Shown here: positions 36,176 to 44,731 of the stretch, piece after piece
How positions within the stretch are numbered: position 1 is the stretch's first letter
Layout: the number at the start of each line of letters is the position of its first letter
NCBI GenBank assembly: GCA_040755995.1
Contig: JBFMAF010000032.1
Coordinates: forward strand, 321,306-385,305
Length of the DNA stretch: 64,000 nt
Direction: 5' to 3'
From: Acidobacteriota bacterium
Lineage (GTDB): Bacteria; Acidobacteriota; CAIWXX01
Program-made: the position numbers and the translations under genes
The notes under the pieces: model-generated
Databases searched by the model: none
Seen by the model: only the letters and a program-made list of their open reading frames with translations
Told to the model about the DNA's origin: nothing

Positions 36176-37752
36176 GACAGACTGGCCGTGGCCTCGCCCG
36201 AGGCGGGCCACCGAAGTTGATTGAGTGGGTAGTCCTTGATAAGGAGAGGCTTGCCCGATCGATCGTAGACGCAGATCTTTATCGTCCCTCCGGAAGTCCG
36301 CAGTTCCTCGGGCACGTCGAACAGCGCCCTGACCACTTTGAATCGTTGAACCGAGAAGTACTCGCCTTTCACAGCCAGGTCGGCTGTTGAGATTCCCCGG
36401 GTCCCCTGTTGGATCGGCGGGTAGTACAGCCTGCGGACGTCCTCCCCCTCACGAAGATTCATGATGACGCCGAGCCGGCCGGTGACGCGAGTGATCCCCG
36501 GTCTTGTGTTTCGCAGCTCGAAATTCACCTCCACCATTCCGGCAGCGCCCGAGGCGGATTGCAGGCTCTGCACGCTGACGACGCGGGTGTCGGTGCCCAG
36601 GAGGGTGATGGCGGGTCTCGTGGTCTCGGTTGTCTTCTGCAACGAGACGGGTAGGGGCTGAGTTTCTCCTGGCACGGGTTTGGGAGGCGCCGAGGCCGTC
36701 GAGGTCGCGGCTTGCTGATCCGCTGGCTTGGAGGTCGTGGCCGCGGTCAGGACTGCCGGCGGCCCCGGTGTGGTCGCTCGAGCTCTGGCGAGCACAGAAG
36801 GATAGCCCCGGTAAGAGCTCAGGGACTCGGATTCCTCGCCCACGATCTTCCATCCGGAATCGGCGCGGAGGAGGTGCATCGTCTTGAATGAGCTGCGGCT
36901 CGTCAGAGAGGAGCTGTAATCCTGGAAGAAGTGCGCCACGGCCTGATTCCCGAGGCGGTAGACCTGCATGTCGCCTAGCCCCACACGTATCCCGCTGGAT
37001 CGAGCGAAGACCGACCGCTTGTGCGCGATGAACTGCGGCAGATTCATGCCGCCGCCGCGAAACCGGCGGTCGTAGAACGCAAGGTACCGGTCGACGTCAC
37101 CGCGATTCCAGGCGGTGACCCACTGATTCACCATGTTTTCTATGCTCGATCGGACCGTGGCGACCTCCTCCTCCGGCACCATCCGGATCGTGCGCCCGAC
37201 CACGATCGGCGTGTACGAGAGAACTATAGATCGCTTCAGTTCGAGCAAGTGCTCGTTGCGTACGACGACACAGCCGCGCGTAGTGTATGGTTCCTGCACG
37301 CGGTCCGGGTCGTCCGTGGCATGCAGCCATATGCCGTCTCCGTCGTTGCCTTCCAGCAGATCGACGATGTTGGGGTAGTCCATCACGATGGCGCCGACAC
37401 CGTACTCGCCGGGCAGACGCGAGCCGTCAATGAACTTGGTGAAGAAGTATATGCCCTCGGGAGTTCTTTCGTCTCCTTCGCGGCGCTTGTCGCCGATTCC
37501 CTTGCCTGTCGTGGCCTGGTATGACTTCACGAGCACGGGTCTACCGCGGTCGGAACGCCAGAGACTCAGGCGGTGATTATCCTTTTCCACCACGATGGCA
37601 CTCGCGCCGTTTTCCATCCGCACGAGCACCTCGGGAACTGAAGCGTGCCCCGCGACCGGAGCGACAGAGAGAAGAACCGGCAAGCCGACCGCAAGAGAGC
37701 CGCGAATTCCTGCTCTCGCTGATCGACAGACCCCGACTTCCGGTGCCACCAT
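36157..37752 (-). CDS. YkuD L,D-transpeptidase/carboxypeptidase with NTF2-like domain (Csd6/Pgp2-like)
   Basis: GDERTPEGIY, GIWLH...TRGCVV catalytic motif; WVTAWNRGDVDRYLAFY...WKIVGE NTF2-like domain. Confidence 0.88.
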   Translation of the reverse strand: MVAPEVGVCRSARAGIRGSLAVGLPVLLSVAPVAGHASVPEVLVRMENGASAIVVEKDNHRLSLWRSDRGRPVLVKSYQATTGKGIGDKRREGDERTPEGIYFFTKFIDGSRLPGEYGVGAIVMDYPNIVDLLEGNDGDGIWLHATDDPDRVQEPYTTRGCVVVRNEHLLELKRSIVLSYTPIVVGRTIRMVPEEEVATVRSSIENMVNQWVTAWNRGDVDRYLAFYDRRFRGGGMNLPQFIAHKRSVFARSSGIRVGLGDMQVYRLGNQAVAHFFQDYSSSLTSRSSFKTMHLLRADSGWKIVGEESESLSSYRGYPSVLARARATTPGPPAVLTAATTSKPADQQAATSTASAPPKPVPGETQPLPVSLQKTTETTRPAITLLGTDTRVVSVQSLQSASGAAGMVEVNFELRNTRPGITRVTGRLGVIMNLREGEDVRRLYYPPIQQGTRGISTADLAVKGEYFSVQRFKVVRALFDVPEELRTSGGTIKICVYDRSGKPLLIKDYPLNQLRWPASGEATASLSWKAKS

Positions 37753-37940
37753 TGAGCGAATTGTACCCTAACTCTTAGAGAATGTGAAGAAAAATGGCTC
37801 CTTCGCAACATTCGCCCCTGGAACAGCCTCCGCTGCCAGCCCGGAGCCAGCTGCCCAGCTTTCCCCTGGCAGCGTCGACGGCCTCAGTCTCGAACGGATG
37901 CTTGAGACGGCGCTGAGCGCCCCGCCGCCTCGCAGGAAGG

Positions 37941-37979
37941 TGTTGAGTTTTCTAAACTGGTGGTTTAGAATTCTCAACA
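37941..37979 (+). promoter_or_regulatory. Sigma70 promoter TTGAGT-N17-TAGAAT inside a 17-bp inverted repeat; leaderless start
   Basis: TGTTGAGTTTTCTAAAC-TGGTG-GTTTAGAATTCTCAACA (2 mismatches), ending at the ATG. Confidence 0.75.
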
Positions 37980-39139
37980 TGAGATACCACGATAGAGCGC
38001 TGAGCACGGAGATCCTCAAGGCAGCCAGGCATTTCCCGGCGCTGATAGTCACGGGGCCGCGCCGTTCGGGGAAGACAACGCTGCTGAGAAAGACGTTCCC
38101 ACAGGCAACCCACGTATTGCTGGAGGACCCAGATGTGGTTGCCAGGGTCAGGGCCGATCCACGAGGCTTCCTGGATGCAATCCGCACGCCGGCTCTCCTG
38201 GACGAGATGCAGAACACCCCGGAGCTGTTCAACTACATCCGGACCCGAATCGATCGGACGCCGGAACAGCGCGGGCAATGGATCCTGACGGGATCGCAGG
38301 AGGCGCCGCTGATGCGTGGGGTGACCGAGTCCATGGCGGGCCGGGCGGCGATCTACCAACTGCTCCCGTTTTCTGCGGCGGAGACGCCGAAAGTGTCGAT
38401 TCTTCGTGGCGGCTTCCCCGAAGTAGTGGCCATGCCCTCCGCGGCAGACGTCTGGTTCCGGTCCTACGTGCAAACGTACCTCGAGCGTGACGTGCGAGCC
38501 GTGAGCGCCATCAGGGACCTGTCGACCTTCCGGCGATTCACAGCTCTACTGGCCAGCCGGTGCGGGCAGATCCTGAACAAGACCGACCTCGCTGCGCCTC
38601 TCGGTGTCTCCGTGCCGACGCTGACGCAGTGGCTCAGCATCCTAGAGATCACAGGCCAGATCCTCATCGTTCCGCCGTTCTATGAGAACTTCGGCAAGCG
38701 GCTGATCAAATCGCCGAAGCTCTACTTCGTGGACACCGGCCTCGCCTGCCACCTGCTGAACATCCGGGATGAGGAGTCGCTCCGCGGCTCACCGTTCCTC
38801 GGCGCCCTGTTCGAATGCGCCGTTGCGTCCGAGATCGTCAAGCACCGCCTCTGCCGAGGGCTCGACCGCGCACTCTACTTCTTCCGTGATCAGCAGGGGC
38901 TCGAGGTGGACTTCGTCGTCGACCTCGGAAACAAGCGCCTGGCGCTGATAGAGCCCAAGGCCACGCGCACGCCGATGCCGGCGATGGCGAAATCCCTGCT
39001 CAGCCTTGCCTCGGTCATCGGTAACCACAAGACCACGCCACTTGTCGTCCACGATGCGGGTCCCCAGGAAGGATCCCGGATGGCCCTGGCCCCGGGCATC
39101 GAGGCCGTCGGATGGAGGCAGCTCGCCGGGGCGCTGTAG
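37979..39139 (+). CDS. AAA_14 ATPase with DUF4143 domain
   Basis: GPRRSGKTT, LDEMQ, LTGS, ESMAGR, GGFP, KSPKLYFVDTGL and EVDF motifs. Confidence 0.92.
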   Translation: MRYHDRALSTEILKAARHFPALIVTGPRRSGKTTLLRKTFPQATHVLLEDPDVVARVRADPRGFLDAIRTPALLDEMQNTPELFNYIRTRIDRTPEQRGQWILTGSQEAPLMRGVTESMAGRAAIYQLLPFSAAETPKVSILRGGFPEVVAMPSAADVWFRSYVQTYLERDVRAVSAIRDLSTFRRFTALLASRCGQILNKTDLAAPLGVSVPTLTQWLSILEITGQILIVPPFYENFGKRLIKSPKLYFVDTGLACHLLNIRDEESLRGSPFLGALFECAVASEIVKHRLCRGLDRALYFFRDQQGLEVDFVVDLGNKRLALIEPKATRTPMPAMAKSLLSLASVIGNHKTTPLVVHDAGPQEGSRMALAPGIEAVGWRQLAGAL

Positions 39140-39232
39140 CCCGGAGGGGACCGGCGATCGCGGGCTCGCCCTGGGCGTCAGCCCCGGGTGGCGATGTGCG
39201 CGAGATCGGCACGCCCCGGAGGGACGGCACAA
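39135..39232. repeat. REP-like GC-rich palindromic element
   Basis: TGTAGCCCGGAGGGG...GCCCTGGGCGTCAGCCCCGGG...GCCCCGGAGGGACGGCAC; GTAG-led, with repeated CCCGGAGGG. Confidence 0.4.
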
Positions 39233-39444
39233 CCGGGCAGTTGCTGATCGGTTTCCAGCGGCCTCCGGTTGATGATACACTTCCGCCCCGGCGGGACTTG
39301 GACCCCCGCCCGCACGAACGATCATGGTGTGTGGATATCCATCATTCATAGAGACCCCACCGACCGACTGCGCCGGCGGCTTCGTGTCCGATTCCGCCGC
39401 CGGGCCGTGCGCTCGACGGGCGGCGGTCATGAAAGGAGGATGAG

Positions 39445-40572
39445 ATGAGGTTCGGCATTCCGAAAGAGGCGCCGATCGGGCCTCAGTACGAGGAAAAGCG
39501 CGTCGCGCTGTCTCCTGCGGGAGTGAGAGACCTGGTTGACATGGGCGCGCAGGTTGTGGTCGAGAGCGGCGCGGGCGCCCAGGCAGGCTTTGCGGACGAC
39601 CTTTACCGGACGATGGGCGCTCATGTGGTGTACTCGCACGAAGAGGTTTTCGGCCGCGCCGAGACGGTGGTGAAGATCGGCCGGCCGACGTTGCAGGAGC
39701 TGGCCTTGCTGTCTCCGGATTCCAGCGTAGTTGCCGCCTGGCACCTGGCGATCAGGGGCGAACAATCCCTGTCGGAGCTCCTTTCGCGAAGGATCACTGC
39801 ACTCGGACTCGAGGTGATCCAGGATGATGACGGAACGCTGCCCATCGTGCAGGCCTCTTCCGAGATCGCAGGGAAGATGGCCCCTCAGATCGCAGGGCGT
39901 CTCCTGGAGACTACCTCCGGCGGGCACGGGATCCTGCTGGGCGGCGGCCCCGGTATTCCTCCGGCCGATGTCGTGATCATCGGTGCCGGCACTCTGGGGT
40001 ACCATGCGGCGCGGAGCTTCATCGGGCTCGGGTGCATGGTCTATGTGCTCGATATCTCGCGTCGGAAGCTCGAAATGATCGATCGGGCCTTCAACTCGCG
40101 CGCCGTGACCGCGTACGCCACCCACGAGAACCTCGACAAGTGCGCGAAGTTCGCCGAGGTGCTGATCGGGGCGGTGCTTGTGCCCGGCCAGATGGCCCCG
40201 ATCGTGGTTACGAGGCAGCAGGTGCAGAAGATGCGGCCGGGGAGCGTGATTCTGGACTTCGCGTACGACCATGGAGGCTGCGTCGAGACGACCCGCCTGC
40301 AGGGCCCCACCCCCGGCGGCGTGTTCGTACGCGAGGGTGTATTGCATTTCGCTGTACCCAATTGTCCGTCTTTCGTGGCGCGGACCGCAACGCACGCCCT
40401 CACATATGCCCTGCTGCCATTCCTCGGAAACATGCAAGGCGGAGGCCTGAGAGGGGCCATGTCGAGCTCGCCCGGCCTGCGCCGTGGCTGCTACACGTAC
40501 AGGGGCGAGATGGTCAGCCCCCACATCACCAAGACGCCGGCCGATCTGATGGCGCTGTTGCAGGAGGGATGA
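39445..40572 (+). CDS. ald: Alanine dehydrogenase-like protein
   Basis: GIPKE...EKRVALSP, SEIAG, GILLGG, IIGAG and DxAxDHGGC motifs. Confidence 0.85.
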   Translation: MRFGIPKEAPIGPQYEEKRVALSPAGVRDLVDMGAQVVVESGAGAQAGFADDLYRTMGAHVVYSHEEVFGRAETVVKIGRPTLQELALLSPDSSVVAAWHLAIRGEQSLSELLSRRITALGLEVIQDDDGTLPIVQASSEIAGKMAPQIAGRLLETTSGGHGILLGGGPGIPPADVVIIGAGTLGYHAARSFIGLGCMVYVLDISRRKLEMIDRAFNSRAVTAYATHENLDKCAKFAEVLIGAVLVPGQMAPIVVTRQQVQKMRPGSVILDFAYDHGGCVETTRLQGPTPGGVFVREGVLHFAVPNCPSFVARTATHALTYALLPFLGNMQGGGLRGAMSSSPGLRRGCYTYRGEMVSPHITKTPADLMALLQEG

Positions 40573-40575
40573 GCG

Positions 40576-41874
40576 ATGTCCTGGATGGATGATTACAAGT
40601 CGAAGCTGTGCTCCGTCGAGGATGCGGCGGCGCTGGTGCGATCTCAGCAGTGGGTCTATATCAGCGGCAATGCTGCGACGCCGTTCCCGCTGTTGGAGGC
40701 GCTGGCGGCTCGCGCACCGAGGCTCAACAACGTCACCCTCTCGCACGTCCTGTTGCTGGGCGAAGACCCGCTGTCGAAGCCCGGCATGGAGAAGGCGTTC
40801 CACCACAACTCGCTCTTCGTCGGCCCCGCCGACCGTGCCTCGGTCAACGACGGCCGGTCTTCGTACGTGCCGATCCACCTGCACATGATCCCGCGGGTCA
40901 TCCGCAGCGGCGCATGCCGCGTCGATATCGCGATGATCCAGTGCTCTCCGCCCGACGACCACGGGTTCGTGAGTGTGGGAGTCGAGGTCATGTCGACCAA
41001 GGCGGCTGTGGAAATGGCCAAGGTCACTATCGCGCAGGTCAACGAGCGGATGCCGCGCGTGCACGGAGACTCGTTTGTTCACGTGAGCGCGATTGATCAC
41101 TTCGTCGAGATCTCGCGCGAGCTGCCCGAGCTCGAGCCGAAGCCACCGAGCGACGTCGAGAAGAAGATCGGAGCTCTGATCGCCGACATGATTCCCGATG
41201 AAGCCACGCTGCAGCTTGGGATCGGCGGCATCCCCGACGCAGTGCTCTCGCTGCTCAAGGGCAAGCGCGAGCTCGGGATTCATACCGAGATGATCAGCGA
41301 CGGGCTGATGCGCGCGATGGAGCAGGGTATCATCACCGGCTCGAAGAAGACGCTTCATCCGGGCAAGGTGGTCGGCACCTTTATCCTGGGCAGCCGCAGC
41401 CTCTACGACTTCGTCAACGACAATCCGTTGCTGGAGCTGCACCCGGTCGAGCACACGAACAACCCGTTCGTCGTCGCACAGAACGACAACCTGGTGGCGA
41501 TCAACTCGGCACTCGAGGTGGACCTTACCGGCCAGGTCTGCTCGGATTCGATCGGTACGTACATCTACAGCGGTTTCGGCGGGCAGCTCGACTTCATCCG
41601 CGGCGCCGCCGCGAGCAAGAACGGCAAGCCGATCATCGCCCTGCCTGCGACCGCCAAGGGCGGCAAGCTGTCGCGGATTGTCGGGAAGCTCAAGGAAGGA
41701 TCAGGTGTCGTCACCACCCGCGCCGACGTGCGCTTCGTCGTGACCGAATGGGGTGTGGCCGACCTGTGGGGGAAGAACCTGCAGGAGCGCGCAGAGGCCC
41801 TGATCAACATCGCACACCCGGACTTCCACGACATGCTGGTGGCGGAAGCCAAGGAGAGACACCTGCTCCAGTAG
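40576..41874 (+). CDS. Acetyl-CoA hydrolase/transferase family (4-hydroxybutyrate CoA-transferase-like)
   Basis: LQLGIGGIPDA, HTEM, EVDLTGQ, SGFGGQLDF, VVTEWG and IAHPDF motifs. Confidence 0.95.
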   Translation: MSWMDDYKSKLCSVEDAAALVRSQQWVYISGNAATPFPLLEALAARAPRLNNVTLSHVLLLGEDPLSKPGMEKAFHHNSLFVGPADRASVNDGRSSYVPIHLHMIPRVIRSGACRVDIAMIQCSPPDDHGFVSVGVEVMSTKAAVEMAKVTIAQVNERMPRVHGDSFVHVSAIDHFVEISRELPELEPKPPSDVEKKIGALIADMIPDEATLQLGIGGIPDAVLSLLKGKRELGIHTEMISDGLMRAMEQGIITGSKKTLHPGKVVGTFILGSRSLYDFVNDNPLLELHPVEHTNNPFVVAQNDNLVAINSALEVDLTGQVCSDSIGTYIYSGFGGQLDFIRGAAASKNGKPIIALPATAKGGKLSRIVGKLKEGSGVVTTRADVRFVVTEWGVADLWGKNLQERAEALINIAHPDFHDMLVAEAKERHLLQ

Positions 41875-41900
41875 ATTTCAGATTGCAGATTTCAGATTGG
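41873..41900. repeat. (CAGATTG/T)n heptamer tract overlapping the stop codon
   Basis: TAGATTTCAGATTGCAGATTTCAGATTGG. Confidence 0.85.
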
Positions 41901-41923
41901 TGGCATCCTCTGCGCTGAGGCGG

Positions 41924-42021
41924 GGAAGCCATGGAAATGCGGAATGCGGAGTGCGGAATGCGGAATAGGGCAGACCACCGGTCGGTGGCCAGTACCGCTC
42001 TGTGCGAAACCGCGGAAGGGG
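41924..42021 (+). repeat. GGAATGC element copy A (left half only)
   Basis: (GGAATGC)n then GGAATAGGGCAGACCACCGGTCGGTGG; first ~70 bp nearly identical to copy J. Confidence 0.9.
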
Positions 42022-42112
42022 ACGTAGTATACTTGGTTGGGACCGAATTGCGGAGTTGTGCCGGTCAAGATTCTGCCTGGGGAGCTCCGACCGGCAGATG
42101 GAGGAGAGTGAG

Positions 42113-42364
42113 ATGGCGAAGGTGATCGCAAGCGAGGTCGAGATAGAACTGAGCGTCGGGCAGGTTGTCGACATCGTGCGTCAACTCAAGCCGGAGGATC
42201 AACAAGAAGTGCGGCGTGCCCTCGACGCGACGCAGGACCATCCTTTGGACGCTCTTCTGGAGACCGTGTGGGCACGCGTCGAACGGGAGCCGATTACGGA
42301 GGAGGAGGTCTGCGCAGAAGTCGAACGCATACGGACGAGCCGGCATGATTCGGGCCGTGATTGA
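42113..42364 (+). CDS. Putative antitoxin
   Basis: 83-aa acidic helical ORF with SD GGAGGAG; overlaps the PIN toxin; ITEEEVCAEV tail. Confidence 0.7.
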   Translation: MAKVIASEVEIELSVGQVVDIVRQLKPEDQQEVRRALDATQDHPLDALLETVWARVEREPITEEEVCAEVERIRTSRHDSGRD

Positions 42365-42797
42365 CACGAACCTGTTTGTCCGCGGTCTCCTCCGCGGGCC
42401 CGTCACGCTCCCGTTGATCCAGGCATGGAAAGAAAGGCGTTTTCGACTGGTTTCGTCAGAAGCCCTCCTCGAAGAGCTTTTCGATGTCCTCGCGCGCCCG
42501 AGATTCACGCGCTACTTCACTCGTGCGGAGGTGCGAGAACTGGGGCAGTTGATATACTCACGGGCAGAGATCGTCGAACCGCGACAACGGTTGCTCTTGT
42601 GCCGTGACCCGAAGGACAACGTCTTTCTCGAGGTGGCGGCGACTGCGGGCGCTGACTACCTGGTGACCGGCGACGACGATCTGCGGGATGACACTGCTCT
42701 GAAGGACCAGATGCTGTCTGACTACGGTGTCCGCATCGTATCCGTGCCGGACTTCCTTGCTGCATTGACGGCCGCGGAGAGGCAGCAGCAGGTGTGA
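42345..42797 (+). CDS. PIN-family toxin
   Basis: AVIDTNLFV, CRDPKDNVFLEVA and YLVTGDDDL motifs. Confidence 0.92.
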   Translation: MIRAVIDTNLFVRGLLRGPVTLPLIQAWKERRFRLVSSEALLEELFDVLARPRFTRYFTRAEVRELGQLIYSRAEIVEPRQRLLLCRDPKDNVFLEVAATAGADYLVTGDDDLRDDTALKDQMLSDYGVRIVSVPDFLAALTAAERQQQV

Positions 42798-42803
42798 AGG
42801 CGG

Positions 42804-42903
42804 GATCTGCAATCTGAAATGGCGGAACCGCGGAAAAGGGTGCTCGGCCGCGGTCGATGGCGTTGGCAGACTCCGCATTCCACATCCCGAATTCCGCATT
42901 ATG
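42804..42903 (+). repeat. (CAATCTG) tract plus GGAATGC element copy B (right half only)
   Basis: ATCTGCAATCTGAAAT, then GGTGCTCGGCCGCGGTCGATGGCGTTGGCAGA and degenerate (GCATTCC)n. Confidence 0.85.
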
Positions 42904-42931
42904 CGTGCGGGCTGAACAGGTGCGCACCTGG

Positions 42932-43261
42932 TCAGACGGCGAGGTCGAGTGTGACTGCGAGTGCCTCGTCGAGCAGCGCGATCCTCGCGGTCGAGAGCGC
43001 CCCGACGTAGTTCGTGAGCACCGACTTGGGCAGACTCACAAGCTCATCGCAGTGGATGTGGCTTTCGTGTTTCAGCCCCTCCTCGATACCCACAGGCAAC
43101 TGAGTGCTGAGCCCCTGGCCCCTGGAATAGACGGGCGCGCAAACGACCGTCGAGAACCGTGAATCGATGAGCACCTGACGAGAGACGACCACGAATACCC
43201 TCTGTCTCCTGGGGTCCCGCGCCGAGGGGTGCTGCACCCGGTAAAGCTCGCCTCGCCTCAT
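42932..43261 (-). CDS. mazF: MazF/PemK-family toxin
   Basis: MRRGELY...RVFVVVSR...[11 protein letters not shown]; overlaps the antitoxin stop. Confidence 0.88.
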   Translation of the reverse strand: MRRGELYRVQHPSARDPRRQRVFVVVSRQVLIDSRFSTVVCAPVYSRGQGLSTQLPVGIEEGLKHESHIHCDELVSLPKSVLTNYVGALSTARIALLDEALAVTLDLAV

Positions 43262-43497
43262 CCTAGATCCTGGTACTCCAGAACGTCGAGCGCCTCGGCG
43301 TTGAGATCATCTGCGTTCGCGTTGAGAATCTCCAGATCCCTCGCGTCCCGTTCAGCCTTCGCCTTCCGCTCGATAAGCGTCCAGGCCGCTTTCTCGATGA
43401 ACTCCGACCGATTGACGCGACGGCCCGTGCGATCGATTGCGCGGAGAAGCTTTCGCGAAAGCGTGACCGATGTCTTGACTTTGGTAGTCTCATTCAT
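43258..43497 (-). CDS. Ribbon-helix-helix antitoxin
   Basis: KVKTSVTLS...[13 protein letters not shown]; acidic C-terminus; TG-TATATT -10 box 6 nt before ATG. Confidence 0.85.
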   Translation of the reverse strand: MNETTKVKTSVTLSRKLLRAIDRTGRRVNRSEFIEKAAWTLIERKAKAERDARDLEILNANADDLNAEALDVLEYQDLG

Positions 43498-43514
43498 ACC
43501 ACCAATATACCATA

Positions 43515-43699
43515 GAAATGCGGAATCCGGAATAGGGCAAGCTACCTGGCGGTGGCCAGAACGGCCTTGTGCGGTGCCACTCACAGAGGCGTCTGGCCGC
43601 GGCCGCTGTGGTGGCCGATTCCGCATTCCGCATTGTGCAAGCGTCGGCCACGACTGTATCCTGCCTGCTGGAGCCCTCAAGTTCGAACAGTGACGCCCA
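43515..43699 (+). repeat. GGAATGC element copy C (complete, with tail)
   Basis: Left arm, AATAGGGCAA core, right arm, tail ending GAACAGTGACGCCCA. Confidence 0.9.
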
Positions 43700-43774
43700 G
43701 CAACACAGCAACACACGGCTGTTGTATCGAGCGGATGGGGACGGTAGAATGAAGTGAGGCCGAGGTGGTGAGCG

Positions 43775-44392
43775 ATGCCGGTCCATGAAGAGATAACCGC
43801 CCGCACTGCGCTGCGAATGACGGAGGACGAATTCGTGGCGTGGGCCGACGACGATACTCGAGCGGAGTATGTGGATGGGGAGGTGATCGTTCTGTCTCCT
43901 GAGTCAAGGGTGGATGAGGACATCCGTTGGTTGATTGGCGGCGCGCTCAGGGCATTCGTGGAGCGCCACAAGGTGGGACGGGTCTACGGGCCGAACATGC
44001 TGGTGCGCTTGCGCACGGGCGTCCGTCGCACACCAGACCTCCTCTTCGTGTCCGCCGCACATCTCGATCGCATCCGAGAGGCTCATGTCGAAGGCGCACC
44101 TGATCTGATCATGGAGATCGTGTCGCGGGACAGCGCTGCGCGCGACTGGCATGACAAGTTTGCGGAGTACGAGGCTGCGGCAGTTCGGGAGTACTGGATC
44201 GTGGACCCGGCGGCCCGGCGGGTGGATGTCTATGCCCTTGATTCGGCTGGACGCTACAGCGCGCAACCACAAACGGAAGGTGCATGGCGATCAACGGCTG
44301 TTCCGGGCTTCTTCATCCGGCCGGAATGGCTCTGGCAAGAGCCGCTGCCAGAGACCATCGAGCTGCTCCGAGCGCTCGGAGTCATCAATTGA
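43775..44392 (+). CDS. Uma2-family endonuclease
   Basis: EYVDGEV, PDLLFV, GAPDLIMEIVS and VREYWIVDP motifs. Confidence 0.93.
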   Translation: MPVHEEITARTALRMTEDEFVAWADDDTRAEYVDGEVIVLSPESRVDEDIRWLIGGALRAFVERHKVGRVYGPNMLVRLRTGVRRTPDLLFVSAAHLDRIREAHVEGAPDLIMEIVSRDSAARDWHDKFAEYEAAAVREYWIVDPAARRVDVYALDSAGRYSAQPQTEGAWRSTAVPGFFIRPEWLWQEPLPETIELLRALGVIN

Positions 44393-44648
44393 ATGCGGAA
44401 CCGTGGAAATGCGGAATGCGGAATGCGGAATGCGGAATCCGCCACAACCACCGACCGCGGCCAGTTGCCTCTGTCGCCGGCTGCGCAACGGTCATTGCTA
44501 CCACCGTCAGGTCGTTCGCCCTATTCCGCATTCCGCATTCCGAATTCCGCATTGTGCATGCGTCGATCACGAAGGTATCCTCCGCGCCCGAGCCCCCAAG
44601 TGCGAACAGTGACGCCCAACGCGGCGGATTCCGCATTCCGCATCGTGG
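44391..44648 (+). repeat. GGAATGC element copy D (core inverted)
   Basis: Leader, arms and tail run as in the other copies, but core 44438-44524 is the reverse complement (ends TTCGCCCTATTCC). Confidence 0.92.
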
Positions 44649-44694
44649 TGACCTCAGACCCACCGGAGTGCCGGAACGATGCAGGGTGGCCCTG

Positions 44695-44730
44695 AATCTG
44701 CAATCTGCAATCTGAAATCTACAATCTGAT
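44695..44730. repeat. (CAATCTG)n heptamer tract abutting the start codon
   Basis: AATCTGCAATCTGCAATCTGAAATCTACAATCTGATC then ATG. Confidence 0.88.
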
Positions 44731-44731
44731 C

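Noticed and set aside
39427..41454. 675-aa antisense ORF, and similar shadows at 14558-16102, 28193-29545 and 29872-31284
   Set aside because: They overlap well-supported genes on the opposite strand; expected with high GC at third codon positions
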